Positions 32,577 through 46,821 are shown, numbered from the stretch's first letter. The stretch: 64,000 nucleotides of DNA from an uncultured Actinomycetota bacterium (GCA_963733635.1 CAVTEH010000005.1:760-64759); one strand, 5' to 3'. Numbers and translations are program-made. The notes: a model not told the origin generated them from the sequence alone.

Positions 32577-33339
32577 GAGGGACGACTCCGACGCGTTCGG
32601 GGTCGCCGATACCGGACCCGGTCCTCGCGCTGCGGCCTCGGTCCTTGTCGGAGCGGGACGACCGAGAAGCTCACGATCGTCCATTCGCCGTCGATCTTCT
32701 GCAGCACGAACTGGCCTTTGCTCAGGAACACGTGCGAGCCGCTGTTGCCGTCGCCGTTGGCCTGGAAGTTGGCGATGCCCACGACCGAGGCCGGCTATCC
32801 GCTCGGATCCAGCAGAACCTTGGTCCGCAGGACCGAGGGCATCGGCTCGATGGTCTCGTAGTCGAATCCCGCCTCGCTGCCCGCCGTCATGATCTCCAGC
32901 TGCGTGCCGGCCTCGTGCACGGCCTGCTTGGTGAAGCCGGCGAAGACCTCGTCGTAGGCCGCGTCCTGCCAGTTGGCCGGATCCAGGAACGCGGCGGTGA
33001 AGTAGGTGTCCGAGAGCTTCGGCTGCGGCGCCCGCTGCGGGCTCGGCAGAAGCCAGGGCGCCTTCTTCTCGGCGGCCTGGTTCCTGCGCGGGCGTGCGCT
33101 CGGGGACCTCGGGGTTGGGGTTGCGGGCCGAGGTGATCACGACCGGCGTCGGAGGCCTCGAAGGAGAATTCGGGCACGTCCGGGGCGTCGCCGCCTACTC
33201 CGAGGCTGCTCAGCGGGCCGTTGGACCCCCCGCCGATCGCGACAACCAAGCCCACGACGAAGGCGACCACCACGACACCGCCGATGATCAGCGGGGCTTT
33301 GCGGGGGGACTTGGATGCGTGTCGGCCTTGTTCTGCCAA
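32573..33339 (-). CDS. Membrane-anchored extracytoplasmic hypothetical protein (frameshifts)
   Basis: N-terminal TM (LIIGGVVVVAFVVGLVVAI); C-terminal KGQFVLQKIDGEWTIVSFSV; GTGA overlap with the LCP gene. Confidence 0.55.
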
Positions 33340-33488
33340 AGCGCTGCGAGACTACCGGGGGTTGAACGCCCCGCCAATCACCTGGGCATGTTGGTTCCAT
33401 GAAGCTCCGGCATGGGAAGATGCCTGCCGACAGAACCCAGACAGCTCCGATGGTGTGCCGGGAAGACTGGTCGGCGGAAAGTTGACGC

Positions 33489-34139
33489 ATGGCCACGCCC
33501 GTCACCGGCCCGGACGCGAACGGTCGTAGCCGCGACCTGGAGAGGGCGACCGTGGCGTCGGTCATCACGATCGCATGGGATTGCGTCCTGGGTGTGCTGG
33601 CGATCGCGACCTCGATCGTCACGGGGAGCGTGGCGCTGGCGGCCTTCGGGCTCGATGCGGCGATCGACGGGGCGGCCTCCGTGCTACTCGTCCGACGGTT
33701 CCGGGCCGAGCGCCGCCATGCCCACCTGGGGGACCGCCACGAGCGCCAGGCGCTCGTCATGGTCGGGATCGGTCTCCTCGCGTTCGGTTGCTTGATCGCG
33801 GCCGGCGCGATCCATGCCCTGGTCACGCACCGCTCGTCGCAGGTGTCCGGGTTCGCGCTGGGCCAGGCCGTGGCGTCGGTGCTCTTCCTGCCCGTGCTCG
33901 CGATCTGGAAGCGCCGGCTGGCGAACCGGCTCGGGAGCCGTGCCCTTCGCGGCGACTCGATCCTGACGGCGGCCGGCGCGGTGCTGGCCTTCCTCGCCTT
34001 CATGGGATTGGTTCTCGAGCGGACGCTCGGCTGGTGGTGGGCCGATCCGGTCGCCGCTTTGTTGATCACCGGGTTCCTGGTCTGGGAGGGGCGGCGGGCG
34101 GTGTCGGAGTGGTACTCGACCCGCGCCGAGTTCGGCTGA
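33489..34139 (+). CDS. Cation diffusion facilitator-like transporter (TM domain only)
   Basis: SVALAAFGLDAAID, LGSRALRGDS, WWWADPVAALLI. Confidence 0.8.
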   Translation: MATPVTGPDANGRSRDLERATVASVITIAWDCVLGVLAIATSIVTGSVALAAFGLDAAIDGAASVLLVRRFRAERRHAHLGDRHERQALVMVGIGLLAFGCLIAAGAIHALVTHRSSQVSGFALGQAVASVLFLPVLAIWKRRLANRLGSRALRGDSILTAAGAVLAFLAFMGLVLERTLGWWWADPVAALLITGFLVWEGRRAVSEWYSTRAEFG

Positions 34140-34246
34140 GACCGCGCCGTATCTGTGCAGGTCAGCCCCTCGGCCGTTCCCTATACTGCACGGGTTCCCG
34201 GCCCGGCTGGGGACGGAGAGACCCCAACCTGACCGTAGGAGGTTCC

Positions 34247-36518
<2,272 letters not shown>

Positions 36519-36548
36519 AGGCCGGCGACGAGGCAGGAAGGATCCGGC

Positions 36549-36910
36549 ATGGGCGCGGTACGTCGCTGGCTCGACCGTCTGACCGAGAGCGACGAAGCGC
36601 GCCTCGCGACCGAGATCCACGACTGGGCGTGCGCGATCCCCGGCACGGTCCCGATCGCAGGAGGCCCCGACCCGCGAGAACGTCAAGATCGCCGGCGTGA
36701 TCCGGCGCATCACGGTGCTGCCGGTGGGCGGTCACGAGTCGCTCGAGGCGCATCATCACCGACGGCACCGGCGAGGCCGTCGTGGTGTTCATGGGTCGCC
36801 GAGGGATGAGCGGCTTCTCGCTGGGAACCAAGGTCGTCGTTGAAGGAGTGCTCGGCGAGCAGCGCGGCGAGCTCCGCATGATCAACCCCCGGCTCGAGTT
36901 CAGCGCCTGA
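36549..36910 (+). CDS. OB-fold nucleic-acid-binding domain protein (Rv2694c-like; frameshifts)
   Basis: Joined: VKIAGVIRRITV...LEAIITDGTGEAVVVFMGRRGMSGFSLG...MINPRLEF. Confidence 0.75.
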
Positions 36911-36935
36911 TGCCTGGGCCTCTGCGCCAACAACG

Positions 36936-36975
36936 CGTCAAGGTTGGCGTCGCTCGGCGTTAGGAAGCAGTCAAG
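36936..36975 (+). promoter_or_regulatory. Candidate KdpE-type tandem direct repeats
   Basis: CGTCAAG (36936), CGTTAGG (36958), AGTCAAG (36969); 22- and 11-bp phasing upstream of the kdp operon. Confidence 0.5.
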
Positions 36976-37034
36976 ACCCCTGGCGCGCAACGATGCCGGG
37001 GCTACGGTGTGCGGCATGGAGGAAGGGGCCCGCC

Positions 37035-37118
37035 GTGGCTGATGTGGTGTTCGTGGTGCTGGTGCTCGTGGGCTTCGGCCTGCTGATCGCGTTGGCTCGA
37101 GGGGTTGATCGGCTGTGA
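37035..37118 (+). CDS. 27-aa hydrophobic peptide preceding kdpF
   Basis: MADVVFVVLVLVGFGLLIALARGVDRL; GGAGG RBS; its stop overlaps the kdpF start (GTGA). Confidence 0.7.
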   Translation: MADVVFVVLVLVGFGLLIALARGVDRL

Positions 37119-37202
37119 TCGACACCGTCATCCCGCTCGTCATCGCCGTCGCGCTCGTCGCTCTACCTGGTGTTCGCGCTGGTGTTCCCGGAGCGGTTCT
37201 GA
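37115..37202 (+). CDS. kdpF: K+-transporting ATPase subunit F (one indel)
   Basis: MIDTVIPLVIAVALV-YLVFALVFPERF; diagnostic YLxxALxxPERF end. Confidence 0.85.
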
Positions 37203-37203
37203 G

Positions 37204-38875
37204 GTGGCCGGCTGGGTGCAGCTCTTGGTGCTGGTGGCGATCCTGGTGGTCGCCTATCGTCCGCTGGGCGACTACATGGCGTGGGTGCTCGACTCGAAGC
37301 GGACCTTGCGCGGTGAGCGCTTGATCTACCGCGTCGCCGGCGTGAATCCTGATGTCGAGCAGCGATGGACTGCCTACGCGATCTCGGTGCTGGCGTTCTC
37401 CCTGCTCTCGGTCTTGCTGCTTTACGGCCTGCAGCGCGTCCAGGGGTCGCTGCCGCTCTCGTTGGGTTTCCCCGGCGTCAAAGCCGACCAGGCGTTCAAC
37501 ACGGCGGTCTCGTTCGTGTCGAACACCAACTGGCAGTCCTACGCCGGCGAGTCGACCATGGGCCACCTGGTCCAGATGGCCGGGCTTGGCCGTGCAGAAC
37601 TTCGTCTCGGCCGCCGTCGGCATCGCGGTCGCCATGGCACTGATCCGCGGGTTCACACGCCGCGAGTCCGACACGATCGGCAACTTCTGGTCGGACCTGG
37701 TGCGCAGCACCGTGCGCATCCTGCTCCCGATCGCCGTCGTCGGCGCCGTGGTGTTGATCTCCCAAGGCGTCGTCCAGAACTTCAGCGAGGCCCAGACGGT
37801 GACCACGGTCCAGGGTGCCGACCAGTCGATCCCGGGCGGGCCGGTCGCCTCCCAAGAGGTCATCAAGGAGCTCGGCACCAACGGTGGTGGGTTCTACAAC
37901 GCCAACTCGGCGCATCCGTTCGAGAACCCCAACCCGTTCACCAACCTGCTGGAGATGGCCTTGCTCCTGGTGATCCCGTTCGCGCTGACCGGCACGTTCG
38001 GGAAGCTCGTCGGCAACCGCAAGCAGGGCTACGTCCTGGCCGCGGTCATGGGCGTTGCTCTGGTTGGGCTCGGTGTTGCTGGTCGTGGCAGTTCGAGTCC
38101 CAGCCCAACCCGCAGGTCGAAGCGGTCGGCCGGGGCTGCGGTCACGGGCGGCAACATGGAGGGCAAGGAGGTGCGGTTCGGCATCCCGGCCAGCGGCGCC
38201 TTCGCCGCCTCGACGACCGGCACCTCGACCGGCGCGGTCAACTCCTCGCACGATTCGATGACGCCGTTCGGCGGCGGCACCGTGATGGTCAACATGATGC
38301 TGTCCGAGGTCTCACCCGGCGGAGTCGGCTCGGGGCTCTACGGCATCCTGGTGCTGGCCATCGTGTCGGTGTTCATCGCCGGGCTGATGGTCGGGCGCAC
38401 GCCTGAGTACCTCGGCAAGAAGATCGAACCGCGCGAGATGAAGCTGGTCTCCATGTACATCCTGCTCGTGCCGGCGCTCGTGCTGTGCCTCACCGGCGCG
38501 GCGCTCGTCATGGAGTCGGCGGTCGGCATCGATCTTCAACCCGGGGACCGCACGGACTGTCCGAGGTGCTGTACGCGTTCACGTCGGGCGCCAACAACAA
38601 CGGCAGCGCGTTCGGCGGCCTGTCGGCCAATACCCCCTTCTACAACACGGCGATCGGGTTGGCGATGCTGTTCGGCCGGTTCGCCTCGATCGTGCTGGTG
38701 CTGGGCATCGCGGGGTCCATGGCTCGCAAGAAGCACGTGCCCGAATCGTCGGGCACCTTCCCCACGACCTCGCCGTTGTTCGTGGGCCTGCTGACGGGCG
38801 TGATCCTGATCGTCACCGGCGCTCACGTACTTCCCGGCGCTGTCGCTGGGTCCGATCGTGGAAGGACTGTCCTAG
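37204..38875 (+). CDS. kdpA: K+-transporting ATPase subunit A (frameshifts)
   Basis: [55 protein letters not shown]. Confidence 0.95.
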
Positions 38876-40874
38876 ATGTTCGACGTCGATCTGATGTGGC
38901 GTTCGCTGCCGGACGCGTTCCGCAAGCTCGATCCGCGCCTCATGTGGCGCAACCCCGTGATGTTCGTGGTGGAGATCGGCTCGGTCCTGACCACCCTGTT
39001 GTTCGTCCGCGATCCGTCGTTGTTCGCGGGCCTCATCGCGGTGTGGCTCTGGCTGACGGTGCTCTTCGCCAACCTCGCCGAGGCGGTGGCGGAAGGGCGG
39101 GGCAAGGCGCAGGCAGCCGCGTTGCGCGCCACCCGCACCGCAGACCATGGCCCGGCGTCTCCGGCCCGACGGCACCGAGGAGTCGGTGCCCGGCACCGAT
39201 CTGCGACCCGGCGACCGAGTGGTCGTGGAAGCCGAACCAGGTGATCCCCGGCGACGGCGAGGTCGTCGAGGGCGTCGCCTCGGTCGACGAGTCTGCGATC
39301 ACCGGGGAATCGGCTCCCGTCATCAGGGAATCGGGCGGCGACCGCAGCGCGGTCACCGGGCGGCACCAAGGTGCTGTCCGACCGCATCGTCGTCGAGATC
39401 ACCTCGAAGCCGGGCGAGACCTTCATCGACCGCATGATCGCGTTGGTCGAGGGCGCCCAACGCCAGAAGACGCCGAACGAGGTCGCACTGAACATCTTGC
39501 TCGCGAGCCTCACGATCGTGTTCCTGCTGGCGACCGTCACCCTGCAGCCGCTGGCCATCTACTCCGGGGCCGCGCCAGGCCGTGATCGTGCTGGTCGCGC
39601 TGCTGGTCTGCCTCATCCCCACCACGATCGGCGCGCTGCTGTCGGCGATCGGCATCGCGGGCATGGACCGGCTGGTGCAGCGCAACGTGCTGGCGATGTC
39701 GGGCCGGGCCGTCGAAGCGGCCGGCGACGTCAACACGCTGCTGCTGGACAAGACCGGCACGATCACCTTGGGCAACCGGGAAGCCGCAGAGTTTCTGCCT
39801 GTCCCCGGGGTCACCGTGGAGCAGCTCGCCGACGCCGCGCAGATCACGAGCCTGGCCGACGAGACCCCCGAAGGCCGTTCGATCGTCGTGCTGGCGAAGG
39901 AGCGCTACGGGCTCCGCGCCCGCGACCTTCGGGGCGCCGAGTTCATCCCGTTCACCGCCCAGACCAGGATGAGCGGCGTCGACGTGGACGGTCGCCGGCT
40001 GCGCAAGGGGGCGGCCGACTCCGTGCGGGCGTGGGTCGAGGAGCAGGGCGGGGACGGTGTCCGAAGAGGTCGACACGATCGTGGCCGGGCATCGCGGTGC
40101 AGGGCGGCACTCCGCTCACGGTGGCCGAGAACGGCAGCGTCGCTGGGCGTGATCTACCTCAAGGACATCGTGAAGGAAGGCATGCGCCAGCGGTTCGACG
40201 AGCTTCGACGCATGGGCATCCGCACGCGTGATGATCACCGGCGACAACCCCCGCACCGCCGAGGCGATCGCCGAGGAGGCCGGCGTGGACGACTTCCTGG
40301 CCGAGGCGACGCCCGAGGACAAGATGGCGCTGATCCGCAGCGAGCAGGAAGGCGGCAAGCTCGTGGCCATGACAGGCGACGGCACGAACGACGCCCCCGC
40401 GCTCGCGCAAGCCGACGTCGGCGTCGCGATGAACACCGGCACGTCGCGCCGCCAAGGAAGCCGGCAACATGGTCGACCTGGACTCCAACCCCACGAAGCT
40501 CATCGAGATCGTGGGCATCGGCAAGCAGCTGCTGATCACGCGTGGGTCGCTGACGACGTTCTCCATCGCGAACGACGTGGCGAAGTACTTCGCGATCATC
40601 CCGGCGATGTTCGCGGCGGTCTATCCGGGGCTCGACCGGCTCAACGTGATGCAGCTGGGCAGTCCCAGCTCGGCGATCCTGTCCGCCGTCGATCTTCAAC
40701 GCCCTGATCATCGTGGCGCTGATCCCACTGGCCTTGCGCGGGGTGCGGTACACGCCCAGCTCGGCGGCGTCGATGTTGCGGCGCAACCTCGGCATCTACG
40801 GCCTGGGCGGCGTGATCGCGCCGTTCATCGGCATCAAGGTGATCGACCTGGTGGTCAGTCTGGTGGTGACGTGA
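38876..40874 (+). CDS. kdpB: K+-transporting ATPase subunit B (frameshifts)
   Basis: [52 protein letters not shown]. Confidence 0.95.
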
Positions 40875-40875
40875 C

Positions 40876-41443
40876 ATGCGACGTTCGTTGATCGCGGCCC
40901 TGCGGATGCTCCTGGTCCTGACGGTGCTGCTCGGCATCGCCTATCCCGTGGCGATCACCGGGATCGGCCAGGGCCTGTTCGGCGCCCGCGCCGACGGCAG
41001 CCTCGGTCGAGGTCGGATGGAACCGTCGTCGGGTCCGAGCTGATCGGCCAGGCATTCGAAGGGCCGGAGTGGTTCACCGGCCGGCCCGACGCCTACGACC
41101 CGCCGCGAGCGCCCCCTCCAACCTCGGTCCGACCAACCCCGAGCTGGGCGCCGCGGTGCAGGAGCGCGCTCGCCGCCGATCACGGAGGCCGACGCACCCG
41201 AGGGTTCGCATCCCGGTCGACGCCGTCACCGGCGGCGGCAGCGGGATGGACCCGCACATCAGCCCCGCCTACGCCATGCTGCAGGCGCCCCGCGTCGCCG
41301 ACGCGCGCGGGCTCGAGCTGGGCCAGGTCACCGCACTGATCGATGACCACACCGAGGGCCGGACCCTCGGGTTCATGGGTGAGGCGCGCGTGAACGTCCT
41401 GCTGCTCAACCTCGCCATCGAGGGGCTAGCCTCGCAGCCATGA
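40876..41443 (+). CDS. kdpC: K+-transporting ATPase subunit C (frameshifts)
   Basis: [60 protein letters not shown]. Confidence 0.9.
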
Positions 41444-43930
41444 AACGCGGCGAGCTCCGCATCTACGTCGGGTACGCGGCCGGGGTCGGCAAGACCTTCG
41501 CGATGCTCGGCGAGGGGCATCGCCGGCGAGACCGGGGCACCGATGTCGTCGTGGGGTTCGTCGAGACCCACGGGCGGCCGCTGACGGCCGAGGCGCTGGG
41601 CGACCTCGAGGTGGTGCCCAGGCGCTCGATCGAGTACCGGGGATCGGCGTTCGAGGAGATGGATGTCGACGCCATCGTGGCCCGGGCCCCCGAGGTCGCG
41701 TTGGTGGACGAGCTCGCCCACACGAACGTGCCGGGCTCACGCAACGAGAAGCGCTGGCAGGACGTGCACGAGATCCTGGATGCCGGCATCGACGTCATCT
41801 CCACGGTCAACATCCAGCACCTCGAGTCGCTGAACGACGTGGTCGAGCGCATCACGGGCGTCCTTCAGCGCGAGACGATCCCGGACGAGATCGTGCGGGC
41901 GGCCGATCAGCAAGAGCTGATCGACATGACGCCGTACGCGCTCCGCCGCCGCATGGCGCACGGCAACATCTACCCGCCCGAGAAGATCGACGCCGCGCTG
42001 GGCAACTACTTCCGCGAGGGCAACCTGGGTGCGCTGCGCGAGCTGGCCCTGCTGTGGATGGCGGACCGGGTCGACGAGTCCCTGCAGGACTACATGAAGG
42101 AACGCGGGATCGAGGGTCCGTGGGAGACGCGCGAGCGCATCTTGGTCGGGATCTCGGGACGTCCCGACGACGAGATGCTGATCCGTCGCGCCGCGCGCAT
42201 GGCGGCGCGTCGAGGCGGTGACCTCATCGCGGTCAACGTGATCCCCGAGGACGGCCTGGCGGAGCCGGGCACGATCGAGGCGACCCGCGAGCTCGTGCGG
42301 TCGCTGGGTGGGACCTTCCGCGATGTGATCGGCCGAGGCGTGCCGGAAGCGCTGCTCGACGTCGCCCGCGCCGAGAACGTGACCCAGATCGTGATCGGCG
42401 CCAGCTCGCATTCGCGATGGCGGGAGTTCTTCCGAGGTTCGGTCGTGCATCGCATCATCCGCGATTCCGGGGCGATCGACGTGCACGTGATCAGCCAGGA
42501 CACGCCGTCATCGGGCGAGAGCCTGGGCGCGCCGCCCACGCCGGGACTCAGCCTGAACCGGCGGGTCGCCGCGACGCTGGCCGGGAGCTGCCGGGCTCGT
42601 GCTGCTCACGATCGCCTTGACCGCCCTGAGGGAACAGCTGGGGCTTCACGAGCGTCATGCTGCTCTATCTCACGCTGGTCGTGGGCGTGGCCGCGGTCGG
42701 TGGGCTGTGGCCGGCGGTGGCCTCGGCCCTGGCTTCGGGGCTGCTGATCAACTGGTACTTCACGCCTCCGATCCACACGTGGACGATCGCCGAGGCCGAG
42801 AACGTCCTGGCGATCGTGGTGTTCGTCTTCGTGGCCTCCGTGGTCAGCGTGCTGGTCGATCGCGCCGCTCGCGCGCGAGCCGAAGCGCAGCGGGGCCGGG
42901 CCGAAGCCGAGGCGCTGGCGCGGCTCTCCGGCTGGCTCGCCGCCGAGGAGGACCCGCTTCCGACGCTGTTGGTGCAGCTGCGTGACACGTTCGGCTTGCA
43001 GGCCGTCTCGGTGCTCCGTCCCCACGAGCAGGGCTGGGTGCTGGAGGCGTCCGCCGGCTCGAACCCTCCGGCCGAGCCCGCCGAGCGGTTCCGATCTGAT
43101 CGAGCTCAGCGACGGCGCCGTCCTGGTGCTGCGGGGCGATCGCCTGCCGGCAGAGTCGCGCCGGGTGCTGACTGCGCTTCGCCGCCCACATGGCGGTGGC
43201 GGTCCGCGCCAGCGATCTCAGCGAGGAAGCGGCCGAAGTGGCCGAGCTCGTCGAGGTCGACGAGCTGCGCACGGCGATCCTGCAAGCGGTCTCCCACGAT
43301 CTGCGGACCCCACTCGCCTCGATCAAGGCGGCCGCCAGCAGCCTCCGCCAGGACGACGTCCCGTGGAGCGCCGACGAGACCGGCGAGTTCCTCGCCACGA
43401 TCGAGGAGGAGACCGACCGGCTGAGCGTGATGGTGGGCAACCTCTTCGACATGAGCCGGATCCAGAGCGGCGCCCTGCATCTGGTCTGCGGCCGAGTCGG
43501 ACTGGACGAGGTCGTGCCGCGCGCGCTCGCGAGCCTGCCCGACAACGGGCGGTCGATCGAGACCGACGTGCCCGAGAGCCTGCCTCGGGTCGACGTCGAC
43601 GCGGCGCTGCTCGAGCGCGCGATCGCGAACGTCGCCGGCAACGCGGTGGCGTGGACGCCGCCGGGCAAGCCGGTCCGCATGATCGGCTCCGGCGTGTCCG
43701 GCAGGGTCGAGCTCCGCGTGGTCGACCGAGGGCCGGGCATCGCTCCATCCGACCGCGACCGCGTGTTCGAGCCGTTCCAGCGGCTCGGCGATCGCTCGAC
43801 TGCCGATGGGGTCGGACTCGGACTGGCCGTGGCCAAGGGCTTCGTCGAGGCGATGGGAGGCGAGCTCGCGATCGAGGACACGCCGGGCGGCGGCCTCACG
43901 ATGGTGATGTCGTTCGCGGAGGCGCCATGA
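41440..43930 (+). CDS. kdpD: Full-length osmosensitive K+ sensor kinase KdpD (frameshifts)
   Basis: GYAAGVGKTFAML, VDELAHTN, Usp-like domain, DUF4118 TMs, VSHDLRTPLASIK, HATPase G boxes. Confidence 0.95.
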
Positions 43931-44615
43931 CCCGGGTGCTGGTGGTCGACGACGAGCCGCAGATCCTGCGGGGGCTGCGCACCAACCTGCGTGCCCGTGG
44001 GTACGAGGTCGAAACGGCGGCCGACGGCGAGACCGCGCTCGACCTGGCGGCCGGCCGCCTCCCCGACATCATGATCTTGGACCTCGGCCTGCCGGGCATC
44101 GACGGCATCGAGGTGATCCGTGGGATCCGGGCGTGGAGCGCGATGCCGATCATCGTGCTCTCGGCCCGCGAGCAGGAACCCGAGAAGGTCGAAGGCCCTC
44201 GACGTGGGCGCGGACGACTACGTCACGAAGCCGTTCGGCATGGACGAGCTGCTCGCGCGGCTGCGCGCCGCGGAACGGCGGAGCGCGCCCACCTCCGACC
44301 AGCCGTCGATCGACGACGGATTCGTTCGTGGTCGATCTGGCGGCCAGCGCGTGCGGCGCCCCGGCGCCGACGACGTGCACCTCACGCCGACCGAGTGGCA
44401 CCTGGTGGAGATCCTCGTCCGCAATCCGGGCAAGCTGGTCAGCCAGCGCCAGCTGCTCGCACGAGGTGTGGGGTCCCCGCTACGAGGACGAGACCAACTA
44501 CCTCCGCGTGTACATGGCCCAGATCCGGCGCAAGCTCGAGCCCGACCCCACCCATCCCCGCTACTTCATCACCGAGCCCGGCATGGGCTACCGCTTCGAA
44601 GGAGAACACCCATGA
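43927..44615 (+). CDS. kdpE: OmpR-family response regulator KdpE (frameshifts)
   Basis: VLVVDDEPQI, LDLGLPGIDG, VHLTPTEW, NYLRVYMAQIRRKLE, TEPGMGYRF. Confidence 0.9.
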
Positions 44616-45356
44616 ATAGCAGGCAACGCACCATCGCCGGCTATGCGCTGGCGGTTGTCGGGACGGCGGCGCTCGTTGCCATCTTCATCCAGATCCGCGA
44701 CGACATCGATCCGGTAAGCAAGGGGTTCGGGTTCCTGGTCCTGGTGGTGGCCGTGGTGGCGGTTGGCGGGTTGGGACCAGGCATCGCGGCAGTCCGTGCT
44801 GGGGTTCGCCGTCTTCAACTACTTCTTCCTGCCGCCGTACGACACGTTCCAGGTCAGCAAGTCTGACGATGTCGTCGTGCTGTTCGTGTTCCTGGGCGTC
44901 GCGGCGCTGATCTCGCGTCCTGATCGCCCGCGCCGACGCGCGAGCGCGATCGGCGGAGGAGCGGGCCGCGGAGCTCCGCTTGCAACAGGACCTGAGCCGC
45001 GCGCTGGTGGAGCCGCAAGGCGATGCGGATCGCTACGGCGGCGTGCTGCAGGCTGGTCGTGACGACGTTCCGGTTCGAGGACGGGGCGCTTGTTCGAACA
45101 ACCCGGAGCCGACCTGGCCGGGCTGGTGGAGATGTCGGTCGTCAACGCGTCACCGGGCTCGATCCCATTGACCGCGGGGGAGGGGGTCGAACGGTTCCCG
45201 TTGAACGTGGGACGGCGGAACCTGGGGCTGTTGGTGCTCCGTGGATTCCGACCGGAGCTCGATGCGTCGGAGCGGCGCATCCTGGAAGCCTTCGGCAATC
45301 AGCTGGCGCTGTTGCTGGAACGTGATCGGGTGCTCCGCGCAGCGATCACGAAGTAG
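44612..45356 (+). CDS. KdpD-like DUF4118 membrane plus GAF-like protein with no kinase domain (frameshifts)
   Basis: LVLVVAVVAVGGLGPG, FNYFFLPPYDTF, LGLLVLRG...ERRILEAFGNQLALLLERDR; stops before any H-box; ATGA overlap with kdpE. Confidence 0.8.
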
Positions 45357-45367
45357 TCTGGACTGGA

Positions 45368-46088
45368 CTAGCCGCCCACGGTGGAGGCGCCGTCGATCCC
45401 GTCGCCCGGCAGGCCACCGGAGGTTTCGCCCACCACCGCATCGCGCAAGGCCCTCTCCGAGGGAGCGCTGGCCAGTGCCAAGACTTCGTCGCCGGCCGAC
45501 AGGACGGTCTCGGGCTGTGGGATGACGACGTGGCCTTCACGCAGGATGCCCACCACCGCGGCATCGGCGGGGAGCCGCAACTCGTAGATGGCCTTGCCGA
45601 CCGAAGGAGAACCGTCGGGCAAGGTCATCTCGACGATCGACACGCGTCCACCTTCCAGGCGGATCAGACGCACCAGGTCGCCGACCGTGACGGCCTCCTC
45701 GACCATGGCCGTCAGGATGTGCGGCGGCGACACAGCGGCGTCCACGCCCCACTGCTCGGTGAACAGCCACTCGTTCTTCGGGTGATTCACGCGCGCCAGC
45801 ACCCTGAGGCACGGCGAATTCCTGCTTGGCCAGCAACGAGGTGACCAGGTTGTCCTCGTCGTCACCGGTGGCCGCGACCACCACCTCGGCGTTCGCCATG
45901 TCGGCCCCTTCCAGGACCGATGGCTCGCACGCGTCCCCGAAGACGACGGTGACGCCGGGCGCCCAGCTCCGAAGCTTGTCCGACAGGTCCCGTTCCTGTT
46001 CCACGAGCGACACGTCATGTCCGCGCTCGGCCAGGTCGACGGCCAGATGCCGTCCCACCGCTCCGCCGCCCGTCACGATGACCTTCAT
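45368..46088 (-). CDS. trkA: TrkA/KtrA-type RCK K+ regulatory protein (CeoC-like; one frameshift)
   Basis: GGGAVG, GDACEPSVLE, ATGDDEDNLV, ARVNHPKNEWLF; TrkA-C domain. Confidence 0.9.
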
Positions 46089-46751
46089 CTAGGCTGCTCT
46101 CCGGCGGGCGCGGCGATCATGTCGTCCAGGGTGTCGGTGCCGTCCTTCGTGAGCATGACGACCAGGAAGTCGCCGGCCTGCAGCGAGCTCTCGTCGGTCG
46201 GGAGGAATCCGCCTCCGCCCCGGGAGACGCCGGCGATCAGGATCTTGCCCTCCACGTTGAGCCCGGACGGCTTGGTGCCGACCAGATGCGCCGGTACCGG
46301 CGACGCGCATGCGCAACAGGTCGCCGCCCCCCAACGACTCCCGGATCTCCGCCCGGTCGTGGAAAAGCATGAGCTGGATCTGCTTGATGCCCCACGTGGT
46401 GGTCGCCACGGTCGGGATGTTGAGTCGCTCGTAGATCTCGGCGCGTCGTGGGTCGTAGATGCGCGCGATGACCTTGGGCACGTGGTACATCTCGCGCGCC
46501 ACCCGTGCCGACACGATGTTGGAGTTGTCACCGCTCGAGACCGCCACGAAGGCGTCGGCGTCCTTGATTCCGGCTTCCTCCAGCACGTCGCGATCGAACC
46601 CCAAGCCCACCACGGTCTTGGTCCCCTCGCCCGGCTGATACCGATAGAACGCCTCGGGATCCTTGTCGATCATCGTCACGTCGTGCTCACCGACCAATTG
46701 GCTCGACAGCTCCGAGCCGACCCGGCCGCAGCCCATGATGATGACCTTCAT
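46085..46751 (-). CDS. trkA: TrkA/KtrA-type RCK K+ regulatory protein (CeoB-like; one frameshift)
   Basis: MKVIIMGCGRVG, GFDRDVLEEAGI, SSGDNSNI, ARIYDPRRAEIYERL. Confidence 0.9.
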
Positions 46752-46803
46752 GACGGCGTAGCCTACCCATCCTCGTTTGACCTGGCACCGTACCGAGCGC
46801 AAC

Positions 46804-46821
46804 CTTCACGCCTTCTTAGCG
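46804..46821 (-). promoter_or_regulatory. Candidate KdpE-type tandem repeats upstream of the trkA pair
   Basis: Minus strand CGCTAAG-N4-CGTGAAG (11-bp phasing). Confidence 0.4.

Noticed and set aside
34140-34246. Possible riboswitch in the hppA leader
   Set aside because: It can form GC-rich stems, but I could not match a known aptamer consensus
36911-37034. c-di-AMP (ydaO) riboswitch upstream of kdp, or in the 46760-47350 spacer upstream of trkA/kimA
   Set aside because: The conserved ydaO segments were not found by eye, and the kdp leader is too short; a covariance-model scan would be decisive
37204-43930. Programmed frameshifting in kdp genes
   Set aside because: Shifts are scattered, lack consistent slippery sites and also occur in unrelated genes
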